Virus record (IMG/VR): IMGVR_UViG_3300049847_000198
Location: 1-64,000 of that record
Reading direction: 5' to 3' (one strand)
DNA: 64,000 nucleotides
Origin: a virus
The first letter of the stretch is position 1, and each line of letters opens with the position of its first letter. Made by a program: the position numbers and the translations under genes. Below the pieces are notes generated by a model. That model worked only from the letters and a program-made list of their open reading frames with translations. It was not told where the DNA came from and did not search any database. Shown in pieces: positions 54,062 to 62,759 of this stretch.

Positions 54062-54230
54062 CGAATCGTTCGAGGATGCCGATTTCTCGTGGCCAACAAA
54101 GAACGATAGCCACACGTCTCCGACAACGTATGGCTACGCCCTGAAATAAAGCCCGTAGGCTGTTGTTCCCTGTCCATACCGAGTCGGAGTTCGGCATCCA
54201 GATTATGCCGCTGCCGTCCGCTCGGATCAA
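54062..54230 (-). promoter_or_regulatory. promoter and multibranch structured leader of the polymerase gene
   Basis: TTGATC-17-CATAAT; GGATGCCGA/TCGGCATCC enclosing CTCCGAC/GTCGGAG, GTATGG/CCATAC and GTGGC/GCCAC helices. Confidence 0.55.
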
Positions 54231-54551
54231 GTCAAACCTATCATTCTCTGGTTTTCAGTAAAACGAACATCGAGTTACGGGAGATTCCCGATTTACTGGC
54301 CAGCCGTTGAAGAAATCGCTGCACTCTGAAAGAACGGATTGTTCGGATTGGCGAACGCAGGCGGGTCGTCCATGCGCACCTTGTACCGGAACTTCATCTT
54401 TTCGGGATCGACCATGACGACTTGGTCTTTCCATTCGCCGCTGATGAAGAAGAACGGCTTCTGACCGCATTCGTCTCGCTTGAAGTTGCCGGCATTGACT
54501 GCCAAGAAATTCTTGTCGCCGTTCATGGCATAGACGGTTCGCAATCGCACT

Positions 54552-54854
54552 CTACTCATCGGCATATTCCTTTTTTGCCAGTGCCGTGAACTTCCTCGCC
54601 AGCGTCGCTGAGGTGTTGAACTTAACGATCAGATTGTCAGGCACTTGAACGCTCTCCCCGGATCGTGGGTTCCTCGCCTTGTGTCCGGCACGCAGACGAA
54701 CCTCAAAGACTCCGAGTCCTCTGACATCCACTCGGCGTTCCTCCTCCAGAGAAGCGACGATCGCCTTGAATGTTTTCTCGACGAGTTCCCTGGTCTTCTT
54801 CTCGGTCAGACCAGTCATGTCCGAGATGGTTGCAATCAGTTTTTTGTTGAGCAA
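54552..54854 (-). CDS. HU/IHF-family DNA-binding protein
   Basis: NKKLIATIS, VRGLGVFEV, ARNPRSGE.V.VP, VKF. Confidence 0.9.
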   Translation of the reverse strand: MLNKKLIATISDMTGLTEKKTRELVEKTFKAIVASLEEERRVDVRGLGVFEVRLRAGHKARNPRSGESVQVPDNLIVKFNTSATLARKFTALAKKEYADE

Positions 54855-54867
54855 GACAGACTCCTTG

Positions 54868-55048
54868 AACTCTCGACCCGCGAACTACTTTGTCAAAAAT
54901 TGTATGCAGGCTTACCGATCAGCGTCTCGGCAGCGGGCTTGCTGGCAAGCTTAGCAATGAGGCAAGCAGCAACAACGAAAAAGAGCGTAATGATGCAGAA
55001 TTCTTTCATTCCACGACTCCTTCTTTAATAACTCTCGACCCGCGAACT
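54868..55048 (-). repeat. 19-bp direct repeat (54868-54886, 55030-55048) flanking a 38-aa TM peptide gene (54893-55009)
   Basis: AGTTCGCGGGTCGAGAGTT on the minus strand, each copy just upstream of an AAGGAG RBS. Confidence 0.8.
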
Positions 55049-55111
55049 CACTAGCCAGACGGGATTGGTTCTGCCCACGAGTGCTCTTTCTGGCCTTGAG
55101 ACACATTAAAA

Positions 55112-55183
55112 TGCGACGTGACGGAATCGAACCGCCTTTCAGGGAGTTGAAAATCCCTTGCATGACCAATCTGCCAACGCCGC
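55112..55183 (-). tRNA. tRNA with Cys-like body and 8-nt anticodon loop UUUUCAAC (UCA or UUC reading)
   Basis: GCGGCGT/ACGTCGC+A; D-arm GCA-GATTGGTCA-TGC; AGGGA/TCCCT; T-arm GGCGG-TTCGATT-CCGTC. Confidence 0.85.
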
Positions 55184-55774
55184 ACGAACCTACCCGATCA
55201 CCCAATACTTCTCGCCCGTCAGCCAGTTATGAAAGTCTGGCGAACCTGGTCGATAGTGAAGAAACTTGTCGATCTTCTTTTCGAGTCGTGCCGCATCAAC
55301 CGGACGACTGCCTTTGTTCTCGACTTCCGAATACTTCCTGCCGCGAATGAACGCCAACGCGAGTCCCGCGTACCGAGACTCTTCTCGAAGTTCTCGAATG
55401 CGATGAGAGCGAAGCAGTTCGACGTAGATCAGTCCGCATCGCTTTTCTTCCTGACGGATCAGTCGCGACTCCGCAGCAAGCGATTTTGCGTTGATCCTGA
55501 GCCTATGGATCGCGAAGACTCTTTGGTTGTCCCATTCGCCGGGATGCGCGGCGGCGTAAACCAGTCGCCGTTCCTGACGCTTGGTTCGCTGCTTGATCTT
55601 CTTGCGTGCTCCGAACTGCGGATGACAGATGATGGCAGACGGAGCGAGTTGATTGTGGTTCTGGTTTTCGATGGTTGCTGTGGTCATATCGTTTTCCTTG
55701 GAATTGAAACCTGAGATGGAAGAAAGAAACGTACCGTCGAACACTTCAGGAATCACGGCGGACCTCTCGCGTAT

Positions 55775-56566
55775 TCAGGATTCTCCGTCAGGCTTCCATC
55801 CGTTACGGATCAAAACAGCGGCGAAGTCAGGCTTCAAATGATCTGGATGTTTTTTGAACTTGCCGTGCTCGTCAACGCTCCCGTTCTTGATCTTCAGAAG
55901 ATTGTTTTCGTCTACGACGCTCTGCGCCTCGGCGAGTGGGAATCCGTGCGCGACGGAGGTTCCGACAGCAACGACACTGATATCGGCTACTGCGTCAAGC
56001 ATTGCGACCAAATCAGGCTTCGCTGATTCCGCTAACCGCATCGCTGGATGAAAGAACAAGTCGTCGAAATCGACTCTTCCGGTATCGTGTCCAGTCGAAA
56101 TAAACACCTGAACTGCCGCCGCGTCTGCGTACTCAAGCACTTCTTCTAAAAGAAGTCGCACACGAAGCTCTCGCGTCTTGTAGTCGGAGACTGTCGGCGA
56201 CGGCGGGCATTCCTGCCCGAAGCCCTTCATCATCTGCCGCACGCGATCTTCGTGAGACGGCTTATGTGTCGGCCAGCAACCGATGAGTTTGTCTGCTGGA
56301 TACGACTGCAAAGAAAACGGTTCGCTCGGTACTCCACAAACGGGAACCAAGTTGCGTCCGGCTGACCCAGAAACTTCACGAGCAATACCCTCAAGCAAAG
56401 ACATGCGTCCTTCTCGCGTATAGGCCGTTCCGCTGGCAGACGTTTCGATGTCAAGTTGATCGCACCGCTCATGGTAACTAGCCACGTCTTCGGCGATCAG
56501 CGTTTGCAACGCAACTCCGCTTTCGATCTCTTCTTCCGTAAACGGTTCGGTTGGTTTTTCAATCAT
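55775..56566 (-). CDS. MazG/PRA-PH-like NTP pyrophosphohydrolase
   Basis: R..LLLEEVLEY, DAVADISVV, V.ENNL.K, GKFKK. Confidence 0.8.
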   Translation of the reverse strand: MIEKPTEPFTEEEIESGVALQTLIAEDVASYHERCDQLDIETSASGTAYTREGRMSLLEGIAREVSGSAGRNLVPVCGVPSEPFSLQSYPADKLIGCWPTHKPSHEDRVRQMMKGFGQECPPSPTVSDYKTRELRVRLLLEEVLEYADAAAVQVFISTGHDTGRVDFDDLFFHPAMRLAESAKPDLVAMLDAVADISVVAVGTSVAHGFPLAEAQSVVDENNLLKIKNGSVDEHGKFKKHPDHLKPDFAAVLIRNGWKPDGES

Positions 56567-57687
56567 TACCTTGCCTCAATTAGAGCCATAAGAAAGAAAA
56601 CGCTGAAGTCCGCGTTACGCATCAGGAACGCACGCGGTTCCGACTGTGGACCACCAGCACACACATGCACAACCAGCGGTTCTTTGGACGGAAAGCACTT
56701 ACTCGCCGAAGCCACGATCTCCACGTTCAAGCAAATCGTCACGTCAGGTTCGCCTTCACAACTACACGGCACCGTGGCTTCCGACTCACCATGCTGTGAC
56801 TGCATCGACAGGCTGATCGTCTCTTTTTGGATGTGGGTGTCAATCCCCACGATCTCTGGCAGCTTCACCACGGCCATCTGTTGTGCTGCCAAGAAGAAAT
56901 CACCAGCCTCTGCGATCGCCACTGGAGACGACTGCCTCAGTTTTCGATAGTTGGCCAGCGTGAATTTGCTGCCGATGTTCTGATGGCAGCCGACCTCAAC
57001 AGCCATCTCTTCGCTCTTCGACTGCAATCGGATCGTCTTGTCGCTGGCGTAAACGTCCGCCTTCGTTCCAACACAGGCGTCGGCCAGCAGAGCGAGCGAC
57101 TCGCGAGCACAGTTGATCTGCGGGAACTCTTCGCAGTCAGCGTTCAACGAGATACACACGAAGCGAGTCAGTTCGCTGCGTTCGCTCATGTCGTTACCGA
57201 AGACCATCGCCTTGCCAGCATCGCAGAATATGCCGCCTGAACCGATGCCGCCATCCCGCGTCGCTGACGACGAATACCGGAACGCGGCACGCAGAACTTC
57301 AGGATCAGTCGAGAAGACAAACTTGTCGCTGAACTCCGGCATTGAGCGATTATCTTCTTCGTGCATCGTGTTGATGGTCGTCTTGCCGCCATCGAATGCG
57401 ACGCCGATCTTCTCTTTGCCGACGCCGAGTTCTATAACTTCTCCGCGAGCACTCATTACGGCACCGAGAAGTTTTTCTGACAGAACGTAGACGCAGAACT
57501 CGTCGTCGAACTTCTCTTCAAATGAGACCTCGCAGAACGCCGCCTGTGCATTCATCGCAAACAGAGACAGGACACGGTCTTTGCACGTCAGTTTGATCGC
57601 CTGATAGCACGGGTTCGGACTGCGAACAGCCGTGAACCGCGAGACCAGAGAGACAGCTTTCTTCAATAACTCAGATTTGATTTTCAC
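56566..57687 (-). CDS. dnaN: DNA polymerase III beta sliding-clamp-like protein
   Basis: 373 aa; I...L.KAV..V.R....RSPNP....IKL, three-domain pattern, C-terminal LMALI. Confidence 0.75.
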   Translation of the reverse strand: MKIKSELLKKAVSLVSRFTAVRSPNPCYQAIKLTCKDRVLSLFAMNAQAAFCEVSFEEKFDDEFCVYVLSEKLLGAVMSARGEVIELGVGKEKIGVAFDGGKTTINTMHEEDNRSMPEFSDKFVFSTDPEVLRAAFRYSSSATRDGGIGSGGIFCDAGKAMVFGNDMSERSELTRFVCISLNADCEEFPQINCARESLALLADACVGTKADVYASDKTIRLQSKSEEMAVEVGCHQNIGSKFTLANYRKLRQSSPVAIAEAGDFFLAAQQMAVVKLPEIVGIDTHIQKETISLSMQSQHGESEATVPCSCEGEPDVTICLNVEIVASASKCFPSKEPLVVHVCAGGPQSEPRAFLMRNADFSVFFLMALIEAR

Positions 57688-58395
57688 TTACTTGCCTTTC
57701 TTTGCGTTATCGGAGAACAGTTTTCGGCACTTCTCAAGGATGTCTTCGCTGTCGAAACAAGCCCATGCTCGTTGCTCGAAGTCTGTCTGGATGATCTCTT
57801 CAATCATCGACGCGGCGTCTTCAGGACTATGGCACATCAGCAACTCTTTGTCTGGAATTGTCGTGCTCTGCTTGGAGTTTTCTGTGCTGATTTCCCAATC
57901 AGTTTTCATTGCTTGCCTTTCGGTTAGATTCGTCACGTTTCGGTCGCGGAGACACAAAAACAACCTCTTCACGACAGGAAGCCTCGCCATGCCTCACCGC
58001 CTTTGAAATCGCAGCGTCGATGGCTGAGATTTCCGTCTCGCCATAAGCACGAGACATCTCGCCGTAGTCCAAGGATTCATGAAACAACCAGGCAACGTAG
58101 GTTCCGTATTTGTCGGGGCCACTCACCACTGAAGTCACGAACATATCGCATTCCAATCGAACCTGGTTGACGTTTTACGCAATCGTTTTTTGTTTAACGA
58201 CTTGCGGCTTGAGTGCCACCTGACACTCGAAAGTTAGCTAAGCAATCGAGCATAGATGTCTCTGGTTTTCAGGAAGTCCGTGGGTCTCAACCCACAGCGA
58301 AATCAATTGATCTTCCCAGCAATCCGAGCACAGACCATAAGGCGAACCGACAGGTTCATCGTAGCGGAACAGTTGTCCGCAATCGCAGCGTTGAT

Positions 58396-58641
58396 CTACG
58401 TCGAATTGCTCTCGTTCTTCTGGCATGGAATCACCTCGTTCGCTCGCTTCTTGTCGTAGATCTCTTCTCGATCAATCTCCACGTTTGAGTCCGCCTCAAA
58501 AGATAGCCTGCAAGCACTCGCTTTTCCGTGATCTCCAGTGATTAGCCGAGAAACCTGAATTTCGATCTTCGTTGGCAACAAAGACGGAGGCACGACAATC
58601 AACACCTTCTCGTTCTGTTTTCTCGTAAGAACCAAAGCCAT
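58396..58641 (-). CDS. csrA: carbon storage regulator CsrA homolog
   Basis: MALVLTRKQNEKVLI...RLSFEA...VEIDREEI. Confidence 0.85.
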   Translation of the reverse strand: MALVLTRKQNEKVLIVVPPSLLPTKIEIQVSRLITGDHGKASACRLSFEADSNVEIDREEIYDKKRANEVIPCQKNESNST

Positions 58642-58673
58642 GCCAGCAGTCCTTTGCGTTTGAGATGGCGGAT

Positions 58674-58703
58674 TTTAGCGTGTTCGTTATAGGAAACGCA
58701 AGT
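58674..58703 (-). promoter_or_regulatory. csrA promoter with an inverted TGTTCGTTAT box in the spacer
   Basis: TTGCGT-18-TAAAAT on the minus strand. Confidence 0.5.
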
Positions 58704-59006
58704 CTATTGCGTGGTTTATTCCTCTGGATGAAACGCCGACCACAGGTTATCGACCTGCTTCAAGATGTTTCTTGCAATTGGAAGCTGGAAGCATCTTGAC
58801 CCATTTCCGGGATCTCCGTCGTAGTGCATTTGAACGTAGCCAGGCTGAACTCCGTCAGACCTGAGATCGGACAAGTAAACCTCGATGCCTACACGATCAT
58901 CGCCACGATACAGCACCATACTTCCGAACGTGTGGCATCTCTCAACAATCTTGAAACCATTCTTTATTAGACAGGACTCAAGAAAAGACAACTCGCGAGA
59001 CATGAT

Positions 59007-60005
59007 TTAATCCTCATCCGGTTCTTCCGGTCTATTACGGGCGTTCCAATAGTCAACGGCTTCTTTCGGCTTCGTGTGTTTACGACCCGGATCGTATCCG
59101 CAAACTTGGCACGTCATCGTCATGCGAGTGACCAATCCTTGAGGCGGCGCAAGCGCCACCTGAAACTTCCTGAGCCTGACATGCTTGCTGTCCTTGCCTG
59201 CCTGAAGGCACTTGCGGCATTCCAAAACAAGATGCTTCGTGCCATCAACGTCGATCTCAATCAGCGGCCACTTCGTCTTGTCGTCCTTGTCTGACCAATC
59301 GTTGATGCGCCTGCCTTCAAGAAAAGCCTCTGCCGCTCTGCGATAGATTCGTCTCTGCTGTTCTTTCAGCATTGCTAGTTCTGGAATCTTCTCGGCAATC
59401 AGTTCTTTGTCGATGCCATCATCCAACTCGGACGCACTTGACCGCACCTGCCGCAGCGTGGTCATGGTCATGTCGAGGATGTCGTCGAGCTTCCAGCTTC
59501 GCTCTGAGATGAGCCATGCGATTGCTCCGTCGAGGCTGATCTTTTCTCCCGCTGACGGAGTTCTTTTTCGTAAATCCGAGAAAGCGGACGCCTCGTCCTG
59601 TCCAGAAGCGACCGCCAAGGCTTTGGAAAGAGACTGATAGACCACGACAAGATCATCTGTGTTTTCCAAGGCGAATAACACGTCTTCATAGCCGACTCCG
59701 TTATCTCGCACTGCCTGCCACAACGAAAAGACTTTACCTTCTGGCGAACCAAGAAACCTCGCCTTGAGTTCTTCTTCACGTCCCAACCACAGGAATCGGC
59801 ACTGCTTGATCCACTCGGCAACGAACGTCTTCTTGCGTAAGCACTCGCTTTTTTCTTGAAGCCTGCGAAGTTCATCAATCGGGTTATACAGCAGAGAGTT
59901 CAGGTACGATTCGATCTCGAAGATGTGCCGCAACGTGCGGCCTGAGACGGCAAGTTTCTTGCCACCCAGTTCTATGAATCCTCCAAACTGAGAGACGCCA
60001 CGCAT
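59007..60005 (-). CDS. tail assembly chaperone-like (G+T in one frame) with Lar-like Zn-ribbon C-terminus
   Basis: IELGGKKL N-terminus; W.LDDILDMT.. T-like motif; CRKC...CQVCG...EAVDYWN.R. Confidence 0.45.
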   Translation of the reverse strand: MRGVSQFGGFIELGGKKLAVSGRTLRHIFEIESYLNSLLYNPIDELRRLQEKSECLRKKTFVAEWIKQCRFLWLGREEELKARFLGSPEGKVFSLWQAVRDNGVGYEDVLFALENTDDLVVVYQSLSKALAVASGQDEASAFSDLRKRTPSAGEKISLDGAIAWLISERSWKLDDILDMTMTTLRQVRSSASELDDGIDKELIAEKIPELAMLKEQQRRIYRRAAEAFLEGRRINDWSDKDDKTKWPLIEIDVDGTKHLVLECRKCLQAGKDSKHVRLRKFQVALAPPQGLVTRMTMTCQVCGYDPGRKHTKPKEAVDYWNARNRPEEPDED

Positions 60006-60682
60006 TAAAGTTCCAAGAACTGTCTTTCGAGACAGGCAATCTCGTGGTCAACCGCCTTCAAGATCGCCTGACGCAAAAGTCCGCCAAGTTCGTCTTTGGC
60101 GTTGTCTAAATTAAACGTCCACCCAAGGTCGAATTGAATATCGCTGGCAACCTCGACGTGAGCATAGACGCTGCTCTCTGCTCGGTTCCTGAACTTAGCA
60201 AGCTGCTGTATTCTGGATTCGAGTGTCGTCGCCGATTCGACTCTCTGCTTGGCCACAACAAGTTCTTCGGACGTCATCGTTTGGCTTTCTTTTCATAAAA
60301 CACAAAACCAATCATTCTGTGAAACGAATTCTGGTCTCACGGTCTCGAAGACGCGAGAGATCATCCATTCCACATCCAGACATCCTCGCAGTCGCACAGA
60401 ACTACCAACTACCGCCAAGGACGCAGTCAGCCACGCCGTAGTTCTCCATGTACCGCTCATTAAATCGCATTGAGTCAGCATTGCAGCGTCTTTCTTTTGA
60501 GTCGGTATTTTACCAAAACGAACAAGGAACGCAAGGGCCAGATACTGCGATTGACTCGCATGGCATGGATTTGGGACACAACACCCGAATTTGACGCCGA
60601 ACGGGACCATTAAGCCCGATCAACTAAAACTCTTTTAGTGGAGATTCGTACAGTGGGAAATTGCGCGTATTCGAGCGGCTCG

Positions 60683-61189
60683 ATGGCCAGGGTGTGGTGT
60701 ACGCAAGTAACCAGCGGGAATTGCAGTAATGCGCCGTTCTCGTCAGGCACTACGTTTTCGCCGTCCTACGCTGGTCTCGACACGACTTCAGCCGACTTTG
60801 TCGGTGCATTGGAGTCTTTCAACATCAACTACGGCCGAGAAATCCAGACCGTCAACACGGCCGAGCTTCTCGGAGCAACGGGCACGGTACGTGGTGTTGC
60901 TGGCGGAACCGGAGAAATGGTCGTCGTGACGGATGTTGACAATCCGATCGGAGACATCATCCAGTCTGGCGCTCTGTACGACTTTGTCGTCACGGTCGGC
61001 AAGCTGGTTTCTGGCGTCGTTGTGCCCGTCAATGCGACAGACGCTGATGCTGAAAAAATCACTGGTCGCGTGCGATTCGGTCCCTGTCAGTTGACGCTCA
61101 ACGAGAACGGAGAGGTTATGCGAGGCACGTTCCCGTACACCTGCCACGGACTTGCGTATGGCTTGGTCTTGGGTGCGTCTGATTCGTAA
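60683..61189 (+). CDS. probable tail tube protein
   Basis: small-residue, beta-rich 168 aa with strong codon bias; followed by a strong terminator. Confidence 0.5.
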   Translation: MARVWCTQVTSGNCSNAPFSSGTTFSPSYAGLDTTSADFVGALESFNINYGREIQTVNTAELLGATGTVRGVAGGTGEMVVVTDVDNPIGDIIQSGALYDFVVTVGKLVSGVVVPVNATDADAEKITGRVRFGPCQLTLNENGEVMRGTFPYTCHGLAYGLVLGASDS

Positions 61190-61227
61190 AATGATGACCA
61201 CTTGACTGTTTAATCTCCAGTGAATAC

Positions 61228-61265
61228 AAGGCTGCCATGAATCATCATGGCAGCCTTTTTCTTTT
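61228..61265 (+). terminator. strong terminator
   Basis: 13-bp stem AAGGCTGCCATGA/TCATGGCAGCCTT followed by a T run. Confidence 0.8.
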
Positions 61266-61274
61266 GGAGAACTA

Positions 61275-62759
61275 ATGAACATTTCGCGAGAAGATTTACA
61301 AAAGCTGATTATTGTCAAGGACTCTGGATGCTGGCACTGGAACGGAACAATTCATCTTCCTCACTACTGCCATGTGATTGTCGATGGCGAGAAATGCAAC
61401 GCTCGTCGAGTGGTTAGGCAAGTTTTTGGACCACCATTCAACGAAAATCTTGCCCTGCTAAAGACCTGTAAAAACAACTACTGCGTTGCGCCTGCGCATC
61501 ACCTGACCGGCGATGAACGGTTTCTGAAAAACTACGCCGTCTCGGAAACTGGCTGCCATGAATGGAAGGGCGGGATTACGGTTAATGGATACGGAGTGAC
61601 AGGGAACGGAGGTGGTTGCAAAAGAGCGCACAGGAGAATGTGGGAATTGAAGGTTGGTCAAATCCCGCAAGGGATGGTCATCAGGCACCTATGCCATAAT
61701 CGAAAATGTGTTAATATCGACCACTTAGCAGTTGGCACACACCAAGACAATATGGACGACATGGTTAAGGCTGGCAGAGCCTGTAACGGATGGAAGAACG
61801 GCAATTACAAGAAGTCTTACCTAGATGAAAAAGACATCCTCGAAATCAGGCAACTTGCCTCCGAAGACGAGTTTACTCTATGGGAAATCGCCGAGGCTTA
61901 CGGAGCCGATGTAAGCTATATCTCAGACATCGCAAAAGGTGATTGCTGGCCACAGGTTGGCGGACCAAGAACGAAAAGAGAAGACGATCCGGTTTTCAAA
62001 TACATCACCAAGGGCAGCGAAAAGTTCAACGCCAAGATCACCGAGTCCGACGCAGTTCGTATCAGAGAACTATGCGACGAAGGAGTTCTCACACAGGGAC
62101 AGATTGGAGATCAGTTCGGCATCGACCAAACAGAAGTCTCTGACATCGCTCACGGAATCATCTGGAAACACGTTGGAGGGCCGATTGTTGAAGGCCACTA
62201 CCTGCCGACAAACCGAGAATACGACGTTGGCGAAGACCATCACGCAGCCAAGATCACTGAGATCGACGTCAAAGAGATTCGCAGGCTGTATGCCACAAAA
62301 GAAATGAATCAACAGCAGCTTGCCGAGCGATACGGACTAAAGCAGTGCCATGTATCCGACATCGTACTGAGTGTCTCGTGGAGTCACGTTCCGGCAGAGC
62401 ATGAGATCAAAAAGAAAACCACTGGCGTAAACTCGCAAGGCAAAGCCTGCAAACTGACAGAAAATGATGTTATTCAAATGCGAGACTGCTACCGCAACGG
62501 AGCATCGTTCTCTGAAATTGCCAAAATGTTCAAAATCTCTCCAGATGCCGCCAGAAGCACGATCATTGGACTACGATGGAGTCATGTTCCCGGAGCGATT
62601 CCCGACGCCGGAAGAAACATCACAGAGAAGGATGCGATCAAGATAAAGGCGATGCTACGAGATGGAGAGAAGCCTAGATCAATCGCAAAAGAACTAGGAG
62701 TCAAGCCGGGCGTTGTCTACAAAATATCAAGCGGTCAGTCATGGTCTCATGTGTCTTAG
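61275..62759 (+). CDS. HNH endonuclease with duplicated HNH_3-like domains and five HTH repeats
   Basis: CW.W.G twice; HLCHNRKCVNIDHL..GT.QDN..D; five (L/I)(T/D)E.D...IR repeats. Confidence 0.85.
   Translation: MNISREDLQKLIIVKDSGCWHWNGTIHLPHYCHVIVDGEKCNARRVVRQVFGPPFNENLALLKTCKNNYCVAPAHHLTGDERFLKNYAVSETGCHEWKGGITVNGYGVTGNGGGCKRAHRRMWELKVGQIPQGMVIRHLCHNRKCVNIDHLAVGTHQDNMDDMVKAGRACNGWKNGNYKKSYLDEKDILEIRQLASEDEFTLWEIAEAYGADVSYISDIAKGDCWPQVGGPRTKREDDPVFKYITKGSEKFNAKITESDAVRIRELCDEGVLTQGQIGDQFGIDQTEVSDIAHGIIWKHVGGPIVEGHYLPTNREYDVGEDHHAAKITEIDVKEIRRLYATKEMNQQQLAERYGLKQCHVSDIVLSVSWSHVPAEHEIKKKTTGVNSQGKACKLTENDVIQMRDCYRNGASFSEIAKMFKISPDAARSTIIGLRWSHVPGAIPDAGRNITEKDAIKIKAMLRDGEKPRSIAKELGVKPGVVYKISSGQSWSHVS

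Noticed and set aside
55112-55183. tRNA-Sec (selC)
   Set aside because: 7-bp acceptor, short D-stem and no long variable arm.
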